64,000 nucleotides of DNA, taken from positions 288,001 to 352,000 of the forward strand of contig CAWFJJ010000008.1 in the NCBI GenBank assembly GCA_963816185.1, given 5' to 3'. Position numbers and translations under genes: made by a program. The notes under the pieces are model-generated. The model had not been told where the DNA came from. It saw nothing but the letters and a program-made list of their open reading frames with translations, and made no database searches. Positions 1 through 10,051 of this stretch are shown one piece after another. Source of the DNA: Thermoanaerobaculia bacterium. Its GTDB lineage: Bacteria > Acidobacteriota > Thermoanaerobaculia > UBA5066. Position 1 is the stretch's first letter, and each line of letters starts with the position of its first letter.

Positions 1-425
1 GCGAGGCGGCGCGAGATCTCGAACTGCCTGAGCAAGAGGCCCTGCAGGAGGCGCCGGGTCATCTCGGGGTGCGCGTCGATCGTCGCGAAGAAATCCCGCT
101 CGGGCACGCGCAAGATCGTCGACGGCTCGAGCGCGACGGCGGACGCGGGGAAGCGCTTGCCTTCGAAGAGCGCGACGGCGCCGATCGGCTCGCCCGCGCC
201 GAAGAGGCCGAGGATCACGTCGCGATCCGGGCCCGCCTTGACGATCTTCACGCGGCCGATCGCGACGAAGCACAGGTCCGCGGCTTCGTCCCCTTCCCGG
301 AAGACCTCTTCGCCCTTCTCGTAAACGACGGCCCGGCACACGGGGCCGAGGATCTTCCGCTCGTCCTCGTTGAGGCACCGGAAGAGCGGAACGGCGTCGA
401 AGTGGGGAAGCGCGGACCCGGGCAC
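1..425 (-). CDS. Crp/Fnr family transcriptional regulator (C-terminus runs off the window)
   Basis: Manual translation from GTG 425: PLFRCLNEDE...YEKGEEVFREGDEAADLCFVAIGRVKIVK...GEPIGAVALFEGKRFPASAVALEP, a cNMP-binding domain pattern; missing from the ORF track because it is open-ended. Confidence 0.85.
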   Translation of the reverse strand, partial: MPGSALPHFDAVPLFRCLNEDERKILGPVCRAVVYEKGEEVFREGDEAADLCFVAIGRVKIVKAGPDRDVILGLFGAGEPIGAVALFEGKRFPASAVALEPSTILRVPERDFFATIDAHPEMTRRLLQGLLLRQFEISRRL

Positions 426-454
426 GGGCGAAGCATAGAACGGCCGGCGGCCTC

Positions 455-496
455 GAAAAGGAGACGGGCGGCACCTGGCAGCGCCGCCCGCTTTTC
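455..496. terminator. Hairpin downstream of hsp20, probable intrinsic terminator
   Basis: GC stem CGGGCGGC...GCCGCCCG (465-490) flanked by GAAAAG and CTTTTC. Confidence 0.5.
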
Positions 497-536
497 ATCG
501 CTCCGGCCTGGGCGCCGGAGCGCGGACCGGGAACCC

Positions 537-1025
537 TCAGGCTATTTTGCGGCTGGGCCCGAGGGCCTTCGGCGAGCCGGTTCCGATGGGAATCGACTTC
601 GGCTTCGCCTCTTCCCGCTTCGGGAGGTCGACGTTGAGGACGCCGTCGGCGAGAGTCGCCGAGACCTTCGACACGTCGACGTTCGCCGGGAGCGCGAACG
701 AGCGGTAGAACCGCCCGTAGGCACGCTCGACGCGATGGTAGTTCTTGTCCTTCTGTTCCTCCTCGAATTTCCTCTCGCCTTGGAGCGTGAGGGCGCCGTT
801 CTCGACGTTGAGGGTCAGCTCCTCCTGCTTGAAGCCTGGCACTTCGAACTTGAACCCGAGGACGTCCTTCGTCTCGGTGACGTCCACTGGCGGAACCCAC
901 GTGGCGGCAGGCATCTCCTCACCGAGTCCCCGTCCACCGAAGGGACTGATCTCCCCGAACAGCTTGTTGATCTGGTTTTGAAGCGTCTTCGTCTCCTTGA
1001 AGGGATCGTTCCAGCGCATCAGCAT
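537..1025 (-). CDS. Hsp20/alpha-crystallin small heat shock protein
   Basis: WVPPVDVTET, LTLQGERK, YHRVERAYGRFYRSFALP and ATLADGVLNVDLPK motifs. Confidence 0.95.
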   Translation of the reverse strand: MLMRWNDPFKETKTLQNQINKLFGEISPFGGRGLGEEMPAATWVPPVDVTETKDVLGFKFEVPGFKQEELTLNVENGALTLQGERKFEEEQKDKNYHRVERAYGRFYRSFALPANVDVSKVSATLADGVLNVDLPKREEAKPKSIPIGTGSPKALGPSRKIA

Positions 1026-1157
1026 CTCGAACCTCCTTTGGGTTACGTGCCTTGCGCGAACGGAACCTTGTCCTCGAGGCCTTTGTCGTCCGTCCCGTTT
1101 TCACCTATGGGACGGCCCGGAAGGAACGTCAAGATGCATCCGCATCAGGCCGTCTGC

Positions 1158-1808
1158 TCAGATTCCGAGCGCCATCACGACGACGCCCGTCGCGGCGATG
1201 AGGCAGCCCGCAACCGCGTCTCCCCAGTGGTCGAGCCACGGGAACCTGAGCCGCGAAATGCCGGCGCGCGCCGGCAGGACGAGCGCGATCATGGCGGTGA
1301 TCGTCGCCGCCTCGTAGAGGAGGACGATGCCCGCCGTGGGCGCCATCCCGAGCGGCGCCGCCGCGAAGAGGAGCGGAATGACCGCAACGCACGGGTCGGC
1401 CGAGAAAAGCACGAACAGCGACCACGACGTCGTTTTCGAGGCGTCGTGTACGTGATCGTAATGCGCGTGGGGATGGCCGTGGACCCTCCGGCCGGCCGCG
1501 CGACGCAGGCCCCACACTCCGTACGCGAGGCCGAACCCGATGAGCAGGATTCCGGCGACGGCTTCCATTCTCTTGCCCGCTGCCTCGAATACCTTGCGTC
1601 CGAACGCGAGCCCGAGGAGTCCGAGAAGAGCCGAGACCGTCACGTGCCCGAAGCCGCAGAGGAACGTGACACGGGCCGTCCTGCCGGCCGACCAGCCCTG
1701 CGCACGCGCGATTGCCGCGAAAGGCAGCCAGTGATCCGGCGCGAGCGTATGGAGCGCGCCGACAGAAATGGCCGCTGCACCCAAGGCGAGGAAGAGTCCG
1801 TGCCCCAT
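1158..1808 (-). CDS. Putative nickel/cobalt permease (NiCoT/UreH-like)
   Basis: About 6 hydrophobic segments, HTLAPDH motif in TM1, GHV motif and a His-rich loop (HGHPHAHYDHVH); last gene of the hyp operon. Confidence 0.7.
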   Translation of the reverse strand: MGHGLFLALGAAAISVGALHTLAPDHWLPFAAIARAQGWSAGRTARVTFLCGFGHVTVSALLGLLGLAFGRKVFEAAGKRMEAVAGILLIGFGLAYGVWGLRRAAGRRVHGHPHAHYDHVHDASKTTSWSLFVLFSADPCVAVIPLLFAAAPLGMAPTAGIVLLYEAATITAMIALVLPARAGISRLRFPWLDHWGDAVAGCLIAATGVVVMALGI

Positions 1809-1814
1809 GTCAGG

Positions 1815-2506
1815 TCATTTCGAGGCGACGCTCGCGGGCGTCCGCGCGCGCTTGGCGGCGAGCTCTTCTTCGAGGAAGAGAGCCAGGCGCCCATTCCCTC
1901 GCCGGTGAAGGCGGAAACCTCGAGGAGTCGGCCCGCGGGATTGAGCGTGCGGACCTGCTCCCGCACGGCCGTGAGATCGAAGGGCACGTACGGGAGGAGA
2001 TCGGTCTTCGTGACGATCGTGACGGCGGCCCTCGAGAAGATCGCCGGGTACTTGAACGGCTTGTCTTCGCCTTCGGTCACGGAAAGGAGGACGACCTTGA
2101 AGTCCTCGCCGAGGTCGTAGGACGTCGGGCAGATCAGGTTGCCGACGTTCTCGATGAAGAGGATGTCGAGGGCGGCGAGGGCGCGGCCTTCCGCCTCCAG
2201 CGCGCGGTCGACCTGGCGGGCGTCGAGATGGCAGGAGCCGCCCGTGAGGATCTGCCGCGCCGGAATGCCCATGCGGCGCAGGCGCTCGGCGTCGCGCTCG
2301 GTCGCGATGTCGCCCTCGAGCGCACCGAGGTGCAGCGAAGCCTTCAGCGCTGCGGCGGTCTTCTCGAGGAACGTCGTCTTGCCCGAGCCCGGCGAGGAGA
2401 TGAGGTTCACGACGAGCGTGCCCGACGCCTCGAACCTCGCGCGAAGAGCCGCCGCGGCGGCGGCATTCGCGGCGAGCACCCCTTGTTTGACGTCCACCTC
2501 GATCAT
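1815..2506 (-). CDS. hypB: Hydrogenase nickel insertion GTPase HypB (frameshift near 1880)
   Basis: SSPGSGKTT, GGSCHLDA, ENVGNLICP and EGEDKPFKYP; C-terminus FLEEELAAK lies in the adjacent frame. Confidence 0.92.
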
Positions 2507-2568
2507 GGCTGGCCCGCAGACCGCTGTGCGGTCTGACCGGAGATGGGCGGGCCAGCGCTGCTCGCGAT

Positions 2569-2602
2569 GGGGGAAACACGGCCGTGTTTCCCCCCGACCC
2601 CC
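2569..2602 (-). repeat. G-run/G-run/hairpin/C-run element, copy 1
   Basis: Minus strand GGGGG-TC-GGGGGG-AAACACGGCCGTGTTT-CCCCC. Confidence 0.7.
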
Positions 2603-2638
2603 TTCACCGCTCGAGAAACGTCAGTTAGTTCGCGCAAA

Positions 2639-3023
2639 TTACTCAGACAGCCTCCTTGCTCCTTCCGCAGGAACCGTTTCCTCGAAGACGACCCTCAGGA
2701 CGTCGAGGTCGTCGCCGCCCGAGACCGTGAGCGCGTCGCCGCAGCGCGGGCAGAGGCGGAGCCACGAGCCCGGCGCGCGGGCCGCGATCTCGCCGCACGA
2801 GCGGGCAGGTCTGGCGGGCGGGCCGGAAGTCCACCTCGAGCCTGGACGCCGCGTCCTCGGTGCCGGCCACGGCGGCCTCCCACGCGAATCCGAGAAGGTC
2901 GGGCTCCACGGCGGCGAGCTCGCCGACGGCGACGTGCACGATCTCGATCCGACCCGGCCCGCGGCCCGCGACGGCCTCGCGCGCGATGCGGCGGATCTCG
3001 ATGGCCAGGCCCATCTCGTGCAT
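2639..3023 (-). CDS. hypA: Hydrogenase nickel metallochaperone HypA (frameshift near 2800)
   Basis: MHE start and VAVGELAAVEPDLL; two CxxC motifs once the frame is restored (TCPxCG, LCPRCG). Confidence 0.9.
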
Positions 3024-4105
3024 CAGCAAATCCTCGGAAGCTGCTCTCCCGTGAGCAGGTCGACGATGCGCTGGCCGCCGATGCGGCTCTTGAGGAGGAC
3101 GGTGCCCCGCGGCTCCGCGAGGACCTCGCCGATGACCGCGGCGCTCCGGCCGAGCGGGTGCGCCTCGAGCAGGGCGAGCGCTTCGTCCGCGGCCTCGCGC
3201 GCCACGATCACGAGGCACTTGCCCTCGTTCGCAACGTAGAGCGGGTCGAGCCCGAGGATCTCGCAGGCTCCGCGCACCTCCTCGCCGATCGGAAGGCGCG
3301 CCTCTTCGAGGCGCATGCCGACGCCGGCCTGCGTGGCGATCTCGTGGAGCGTCGACGCGACGCCGCCGCGCGTCGGATCGCGCAGGACGTGGACCTTCTC
3401 GCCCAGCGCGCCGAGGAGGTCCGCGACGAGGCCATTGAGGGCGGCCGTGTCGCTCGCGAGCGTCGTCTCGAAGCGGAGGCCCTCGCGCAGCGACATGATC
3501 GCGATTCCGTGCACGGCGATCTCGCCGCTCACGAGGATGACGTCGCCGGGGCGTGCGCGCTTCGGCGAGATCACGATGCCAGGCGCCACGAGACCGACCC
3601 CGCTGACGTTGATGAAGACGCCGTCGCCCTTGCCGCGGTCCACGACCTTCGTGTCGCCCGTGACGATCGGGACGCCCGCGCCGGCGGCGGCCGCCTGCAT
3701 CGAGGCGACGATGCGGGAGAGATCGCTGAGCGGGAGCCCTTCCTCGAGGATGAGACCCGCCGAGAGAGCGACCGGCTGCGCGCCGCACATCGCGAGGTCG
3801 TTCACCGTGCCGTGCACGGCGAGCGAGCCGATGTCGCCGCCCGGGAAGAAAAGAGGGCTGATGACGAACGAATCCGTCGAGAACGCGAGGCGTGCGCCGC
3901 CCGCCTCGAAGACCGCGCCGTCATGCAGCTCGCGAAGCGCCGTGTTGTCGAAGCTCTTGAGGAAGACGTCCTCGATCAGGCGCTGCGTCATCCGGCCGCC
4001 GCCGCCGTGCGCGAGAAGAACGGTCTCCCCTTCGCCGGCGGAAACCGGGCAGCTCGCCGCGAGCAGCGCCGCGCCGGGATCACCGGCCGTGTCCTTCGCG
4101 CTCAC
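3023..4105 (-). CDS. hypE: Carbamoyl dehydratase HypE
   Basis: [31 protein letters not shown] and C-terminal PRIC; GTG start inferred. Confidence 0.95.
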   Translation of the reverse strand: MSAKDTAGDPGAALLAASCPVSAGEGETVLLAHGGGGRMTQRLIEDVFLKSFDNTALRELHDGAVFEAGGARLAFSTDSFVISPLFFPGGDIGSLAVHGTVNDLAMCGAQPVALSAGLILEEGLPLSDLSRIVASMQAAAAGAGVPIVTGDTKVVDRGKGDGVFINVSGVGLVAPGIVISPKRARPGDVILVSGEIAVHGIAIMSLREGLRFETTLASDTAALNGLVADLLGALGEKVHVLRDPTRGGVASTLHEIATQAGVGMRLEEARLPIGEEVRGACEILGLDPLYVANEGKCLVIVAREAADEALALLEAHPLGRSAAVIGEVLAEPRGTVLLKSRIGGQRIVDLLTGEQLPRIC

Positions 4106-4112
4106 GTCGAGC

Positions 4113-5202
4113 TCACACGGCTCTCGCGTAGAGGTAATAGGCGGCGCACGCGCCCTCGGACGACACCATGGGCGCGCCGAGCGGGATGCTCCGGCGTGCA
4201 GCGCGTCCCGAACGCCGAGCAGCCGCTCGGCTTCTTCCGGCCCTGCAGGATCTCTCCCGCGATGCATTCCTTCGGCTCGTCGGCGGTGATGTCCGCGACG
4301 TCGAACCGCGCCGTGGCATCGAACGCCGCGTACGCCGGCCGCAACCGGTAGCCGCTCTTCGGGATCACGCCGATGCCGCGCCAGGCGCGGTCGCAGGGCT
4401 CGAAGACCTCGGCGAGAACGGCTCGAGCGGCGCGATTCCCTTCGGCCGTCACCGTACGCGTGTACTGGTTCTCGACGCCGACGCGCCCCTCCTCGAGCGC
4501 CGAGACCGCCATGTGGACGCCCTGGAGGAGGTCGAGAGGCTCGAAGCCCGTGACGATCATCGGGAGGCGGTACCGCGCCGCGAGCGGCCCGTACTCGGAC
4601 GTGCCCATGACGGCGCAGACGTGTCCCGCGAGGAGGAACGCCTGCACGCGATTCGCGGGAGACGAGAGAATCGCCTCGACCGCGGGCGGCACGAGGACGT
4701 GCGACGTGAGGATCGAGAAGTTCGGGAGGCCGAGCTGCTTCGCCCTCTTCACCGCCATGGCGTTCGCGGGAGCCGTGGTCTCGAAGCCCACGGCGAAGAA
4801 CACGACCTCGCGACCCGGGTTCTGCTCGGCGAGGCGCACCGCGTCGAGCGGCGAATAGACCATCCGCACGTCGCCGCCCTGCGCCTTGACGGCGAGGAGG
4901 CTCGTCGTCGAGCCGGGCACGCGCAGCATGTCGCCGAAAGACGTGAAGATCACGCCGGGGCGCCGCGCGATCGCGAGGGCGCGGTCGATCTGGGTGAGGG
5001 GCGTGACGCATACGGGGCAGCCCGGCCCGTGCACGAGCGTGATCTCGGGCGGGAGCATGCGGTCGATGCCCGACCTGAGGAGCGTGTGCGTCTGCCCGCC
5101 GCAGATCTCCATGAGCGTCCACGGACGCGTCACGCGCGCGCGGATCGCGCGGACGAAAGCCTGCGCGTCCTCCTCGCGACGGTACTCGTCCACGAAGCGC
5201 AT
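4113..5202 (-). CDS. hypD: Hydrogenase maturation protein HypD (frameshift near 4185)
   Basis: [16 protein letters not shown] and GFETT; C-terminal [17 protein letters not shown] lies in the next frame. Confidence 0.93.
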
Positions 5203-5468
5203 CAGGACTCCGATGCAGGCTGCGGGACGTCGAGCTCGGAGAGCTCGCCCAGCTCCTTCAACGTCCGGAAGACCTCGAGGGCATGGTCCTCGTCGAGCCT
5301 GCTGATGGCGAATCCCACGTGCACGAGCACCCAGTCGCCCGGGACGACTTCGGGCGTGTAGGCGAGGCACACCTCTTTCGTGATGCCGCCGAAGCTCACG
5401 ACGCCCATCGTCATGTCGAGCGCGCTCTTCTCGATTTTCACGACTTGTCCCGGAACGCCCAGACACAT
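5202..5468 (-). CDS. hypC: Hydrogenase assembly chaperone HypC
   Basis: MCLGVPG N-terminus and [12 protein letters not shown]. Confidence 0.95.
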   Translation of the reverse strand: MCLGVPGQVVKIEKSALDMTMGVVSFGGITKEVCLAYTPEVVPGDWVLVHVGFAISRLDEDHALEVFRTLKELGELSELDVPQPASES

Positions 5469-5505
5469 GGAGCACCCCACGATCGCAACATACACAGCAA
5501 GGCCG

Positions 5506-7801
5506 TCAGGCGATCCGATGCAGATGCTTTAAGTGTCGCGCCCCGGCGAGAACCTGCCCCAGGGAGATCCCCCCGTCGTTGGGGGGCGCCTCGCGGTGGA
5601 GGAGCACCGCGAAACCGAGGGCCGAGAGACGTTCCGCCGCCCGCTCGAGAAGCAGCCGGTTTTGGAAGCATCCGCCCGTGAGGGCGACGTGCGCCTCGCC
5701 GGCGGCCTCGGCGGTTCGCGCGATGGCGTCCACGAGGGAATTGTGGAAGCGCGCCGCGAGGCGGCCGGCATTAACGCGGTTCCCGAGATCCTCGAGGAGA
5801 GCGCGAAGGAGAGGCTCCCAATCCAGGAGGGCGGGTGCGCCCTCGCGCGGCACGAGCGGGAGCGGCCAGGCCCCATCCTCGTGCGGGTCGGCCGCCGCCT
5901 CGAGGGCCATCGCGGCCTGGCCCTCGTAGCGGGTCCGCTGCGAAAGGCCGAGGAGCGCGGCCACGGCGTCGAAGAGGCGCCCCGCGCTCGTCGTCACGGG
6001 CGCGTTCAAGCCGTTCTCGAGCATCTGCGCAAGAAGCGTCCGCTCTTTCGGAGAAAAGGCACGCACGGGCGCGAGGTCCTCTCGTGAGAGCGCGCCGCTT
6101 CCGAAGATTTCGAACAGAACGGCGAGGGCCGCGCGACGCGGCTCGCGGACCGCGGCCTCGCCGCCCGGCAGGCGGAACGGTCGGAGGTGTGCGAAGCGCG
6201 TGAAGCCGCCGGCGTCGCCTCTGAGGAACTCTCCGCCCCAGACGCGTTCCGTCCGTCCCGTAGCCCGTGCCGTCCCACGTGACTCCGAGCGCGGGTCCCG
6301 GCGTCTCATTTTCGGCGAGGCACGACACGAGATGCGCGTGGTGGTGCTGGACGGCGAAGGAGGGGATGCCCTGTGCGACCGCCCATTCCTTTGCCCAGCG
6401 CGTGGAGGGATAGCCGGGGTGGAGGTCGTGCGCGACGAGGGCGGGGCGCGCCTCGTACAGCCTCAGGAAGTCCGCGATGACGCGCCGGAAGGCGTTCATG
6501 GCTTCGGGAGTCTCGAGGTCTCCGATGTGCTGGGAAAGGAAGACGTGGCGGCCGAGCCCGAGCGCCACCGCCGTCTTCATGTGCGCGCCCACGGCGAGGA
6601 TGACCGGCAGCTCCTCGGCCACGAGCACGGGCAGCGGGGCATATCCCCGGGCGCGCCGAAGGACGCGGGGCGCGCCGGCCGCAATGCGCACGACGCTGTC
6701 GTCGGCGTGCCGCTCGATCGGCCGGTCGTGCACGAGGAAGACGTCGGCCATTCCCGAGAGCCGCGAGAGCGCCTCGTGCTCGTCGATGCAGATCGGCTCC
6801 TCGCTCAAGTTCCCGCTCGTGGCGACGAGAGGGGCGTCGACGGCACGCAGCAGAAGGTGGTGGAGCGGCGTCGAGGGGAGCATCAGCCCGAGCTCCGGCT
6901 TGCCCGGCGCGACGGCCCGGGAAACGGTCTCTTGGCCGAGGCGGGGCAAGAGGACGATGGGCGCCTCGGCGGACTCGAGGAGCGCCGCGGCGGCGGGAGA
7001 GATCTCCGCGAGCGACCGCGCGGCGGCGAGATCCCTCACCATGAGGGCGAAAGGCTTGTCTTCGCGTGCTTTGCGGGCGCGGAGCCGTGAGACGGCGTCC
7101 CCGTTCCGCGCGTCGCACATCAGATGGAAACCGCCGAGGCCCTTGCACGCCAGGACGTCGCCTCGAAGGAGCACGTCCGCAGCGGCCGCAAGCGCCTCGT
7201 CTCCTCGCGCGAGCCCTTCACCGGACCTGGTCCAGGCCGCGAGCTGCGGCCCGCAGGCGGGACAGGCCGTCGGCTGAGCGTGAAAGCGGCGATCGAGAGG
7301 ATCCTCGTACTCGGCTCGGCAGGCCGCGCAGAGAGGAAAGCCCGACATCGTCGTGTTCTTCCGGTCGTAGGGGAGATCGCGGACGATCGTGAAGCGCGGA
7401 CCGCAGTTCGTGCAGTTCGTGAAGGGATAGCGGAAGCGGCGGTTCGAAGGGTCGAGGATCTCCGCGAGGCAGTCGGAGCACGTCCCGATGTCGGGCAGGA
7501 CGAGGACCGATTTGATTCCTCCCGCGCCGCTCGTTTCGATGCGAAACGTCTCTTCTCCGGCGGGTGGGAGCCACGACTCGAGAATCTCGTGAATCCGTGC
7601 CCGCGGAGGCGCCGCTTCGCGCAGCCGCGCCCGGAACGCGGCGATCCCGTCCGCCTCTCCCTCCACCTCCAAGAAGAGTCCGCGAGCGTCGTTGCGCACC
7701 CAGCCGCCGAGGCCGAGGCTCGTCGCGACGCGGTACACGTGCGGCCGGAATCCCACGCCCTGTACGGCCCCGCGCACCTCGAGTCTCAACCTTTGACGCA
7801 T
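5506..7801 (-). CDS. hypF: Carbamoyltransferase HypF (frameshift near 6245)
   Basis: VQGVGFRP acylphosphatase domain, two Zn fingers, QHHHAH, DGTGYG/WGGEF and PPNDGGISLGQ. Confidence 0.93.
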
Positions 7802-7932
7802 GACGTCACGGAATTTAACCTCGAACGATCACGCAAGATGATTCATCTGAATGATTGCGTCGTTTCGCTCGCGAACCTAATTGTGACTCTCAAGTACTTA
7901 GGTTGAGGGCCAAGTACGCGTTGGAGGGTCAA
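7802..7932. promoter_or_regulatory. Divergent hyp/hyb control region
   Basis: Locally AT-richer; palindrome AGATGA-T-TCATCT (7836-7848), inverted repeat AACCTAA/TTAGGTT (7874-7904), IHF-like TCAAGTACTTA (7890-7900), SD GGAGG before ATG 7933. Confidence 0.55.
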
Positions 7933-9066
7933 ATGACTTCTGTCGGTGCAAGTGTGCGCGATCCACTCCTCGCCTCAAACGATGGATCCAACCGGCGCGA
8001 CTTCATGAAAGTCGCCCTGATGGCGGGCGCCGCCGTCGGATTGCCCGCGGCGCTCTCGGAGCAAATGGCCGAAGCCGCCGTGAAGGGCGTCAAGCCGTCG
8101 GTCATCTGGCTGCACTTCCAGGAGTGCACCGGCTGCACTGAGTCGCTGCTCAGGACCGCGCACCCTGACCTTTCGGAACTGCTCCTCGACCTCATCTCCC
8201 TCGACTACCACGAGACGCTCTTCGCCGCGGCCGGGCACCAGGCGGAGGCCGCGCTCCAGAAGGCGATGAAGGAGAACGCCGGAAAGTACGTGTGCATCGT
8301 GGAGGGCGCGATCCCCACGAAGGACGACGGCGTCTACTGCAAGATCGGCGGAAGAACGGCGGTCGACATCCTGAACGATGTCGCGGGGAAGGCAGGCGCG
8401 ATCATCGCGATCGGCTCGTGCGCGTCGTGGGGCGGCCTCCCGTCGGCCGACCCGAACCCGACCGGCGCCACGGGCGCACCCATGATTCTCAAGGGCAAGA
8501 CCGTCGTGTCGATCCCCGGCTGCCCCGCGAACCCCTACAACCTGCTCGGCACCGTGTTGCAGTTCGCGGTGTTCGGCACGCTTCCGGCGCTCGACGAGAA
8601 GGGGCGTCCCAAATTCGCGTACGGCCGCACGATTCACGAGGACTGCCCGCGCCGCGCGCATTTCGACGCCGGCCGCTTCGCCGAGAAGTTCGGCGACGAG
8701 AACCACCGCCTGGGCTACTGCCTGTACAAGACGGGCTGCAAGGGTCCGGCGACGCACGCAAACTGCTCCACGCAGAACTTCGGCGAAGTGGTCGGCGCCT
8801 GGCCGGTCGGAATCGGGCATCCGTGCTTCGGCTGCACGGAGCAGAAGCTCGCGTTCCGGGTCGCGCTCCACGACACCGTGGACATCGACCGCCCCGTGCC
8901 GCCCGACACGTATCCGCCCCTTCACGCTCGGCAGGGGAGGGTCGGGGCCGTCGCGGCGGGCCTCGCGGGTCTCGCGGGAGGCGCGCTGATCGGCGCCGGC
9001 CTCGTCGCGGCGAAGAAGCTCGGAGAGAGCCCCGGCAGCGGCAAGGACGCGGGAAAGGAAGGGTGA
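7933..9066 (+). CDS. hybO: [NiFe]-hydrogenase small subunit, Hyb type
   Basis: Tat motif NRRDFMK; ECTGCTES, GSCASWGG, GCP, HEDCPRR, CLYKTGCKGP, GHPCFGC; C-terminal TM anchor. Confidence 0.93.
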   Translation: MTSVGASVRDPLLASNDGSNRRDFMKVALMAGAAVGLPAALSEQMAEAAVKGVKPSVIWLHFQECTGCTESLLRTAHPDLSELLLDLISLDYHETLFAAAGHQAEAALQKAMKENAGKYVCIVEGAIPTKDDGVYCKIGGRTAVDILNDVAGKAGAIIAIGSCASWGGLPSADPNPTGATGAPMILKGKTVVSIPGCPANPYNLLGTVLQFAVFGTLPALDEKGRPKFAYGRTIHEDCPRRAHFDAGRFAEKFGDENHRLGYCLYKTGCKGPATHANCSTQNFGEVVGAWPVGIGHPCFGCTEQKLAFRVALHDTVDIDRPVPPDTYPPLHARQGRVGAVAAGLAGLAGGALIGAGLVAAKKLGESPGSGKDAGKEG

Positions 9067-9067
9067 C

Positions 9068-10051
9068 ATGTCGCTCGACCGGCGTTCCCTTCTGAAGGGT
9101 GTCGCCGCCGCGGGCGCGGCAGGTGCCGCTTCCGCCGTGGCTCCGATGGCCGAGGCTCGCGTAAGGCCGACGGTGCCTCCGGACGCGATGGGCATGCTCT
9201 ACGACACGACGCTCTGCATCGGCTGCAAGTCGTGCGTCGTCGCGTGCCGCGAGGCCAACGACAAGAAGCCCGACACCTCCCAGGCGCCCGGAGCGCTCTG
9301 GGACATGCCGATGGACCTGAACGGGCAGACGAAGAACGTCATCAAGCTGTACCGCAGCTCCGACAGCCCGGAGCGCTCCTATTTCAAGGCGCAGTGCATG
9401 CAATGCGTCGACCCGGCGTGCGTGAACGGCTGCATGATCGGCGCCCTCGCCAAGCGCGAGCACGGCGTCGTGACCTATAAACCCGAGCTCTGCTCCGGTT
9501 GCCGCTACTGCCAGATCGCGTGCCCGTTCAACATTCCGAAATTCGAGTGGGCGTCGCGCGCGCCGCTGATGGTCAAGTGCGAGCTCTGCAGCCATCGCGT
9601 CACGAGCCCTGCGGCGAAGGGGGCCGATGGCTTCACACGCTATCCGCTCGGCCAGGGCCCGGCCTGCTGCGAGGTGTGCCCGCGCCACGCCGTCATTTAC
9701 GGGCAGCGCGACGAGCTGCTGGCCGAAGCGAAGAGCCGGATCCAGAAGCATCCCGACCGCTACCGCGGATACCGCGACGGCGATCCGCCCCGCGTCTTCG
9801 GTGAGATCGACGCCGGCGGCACGCAGGTCTTCTACCTTTCTCACGTGGCGTTCGAGAAGCTCGGCCTTCCGGACCTCGGACCAGAGCCCGTGCCCGACGT
9901 CCAGCAGACGATTCAGCATGGCATTTACAGGGGCTTCGCCGCGCCGATCGCTCTCTATGCGGTTCTCGGTTTCACCGTCTTCCGGAACCGCGGCAAGGCG
10001 AAGGATTCGAAGGGACCGGGGACGAGCCCGACGGGCGGAGGTGCCTCGTGA
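9068..10051 (+). CDS. hybA: Hydrogenase-2 4Fe-4S ferredoxin subunit
   Basis: Tat motif DRRSLLK; four Cys clusters (CIGCKSC, CMQCVDPAC, CSGCRYC, CELC...CCEVCP). Confidence 0.92.
   Translation: MSLDRRSLLKGVAAAGAAGAASAVAPMAEARVRPTVPPDAMGMLYDTTLCIGCKSCVVACREANDKKPDTSQAPGALWDMPMDLNGQTKNVIKLYRSSDSPERSYFKAQCMQCVDPACVNGCMIGALAKREHGVVTYKPELCSGCRYCQIACPFNIPKFEWASRAPLMVKCELCSHRVTSPAAKGADGFTRYPLGQGPACCEVCPRHAVIYGQRDELLAEAKSRIQKHPDRYRGYRDGDPPRVFGEIDAGGTQVFYLSHVAFEKLGLPDLGPEPVPDVQQTIQHGIYRGFAAPIALYAVLGFTVFRNRGKAKDSKGPGTSPTGGGAS

Noticed and set aside
69-2120. 683-aa plus-strand ORF and many other long Arg/Ala/Pro-rich ORFs (e.g. 2543-4351, 17277-19157, 43912-45888, 47900-49933)
   Set aside because: Antisense or off-frame shadows of recognisable genes, expected in high-GC DNA; no motifs
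3023-5122. Apparent 699-aa N-terminally extended HypE or HypD-HypE fusion
   Set aside because: The upstream part is an off-frame reading of hypD; hypD ends at 4113 and hypE starts near 4105
1815-7801. Programmed ribosomal frameshifting in hyp genes
   Set aside because: No shared slippery sequence or stimulatory structure at the shift sites; sequencing indels are simpler
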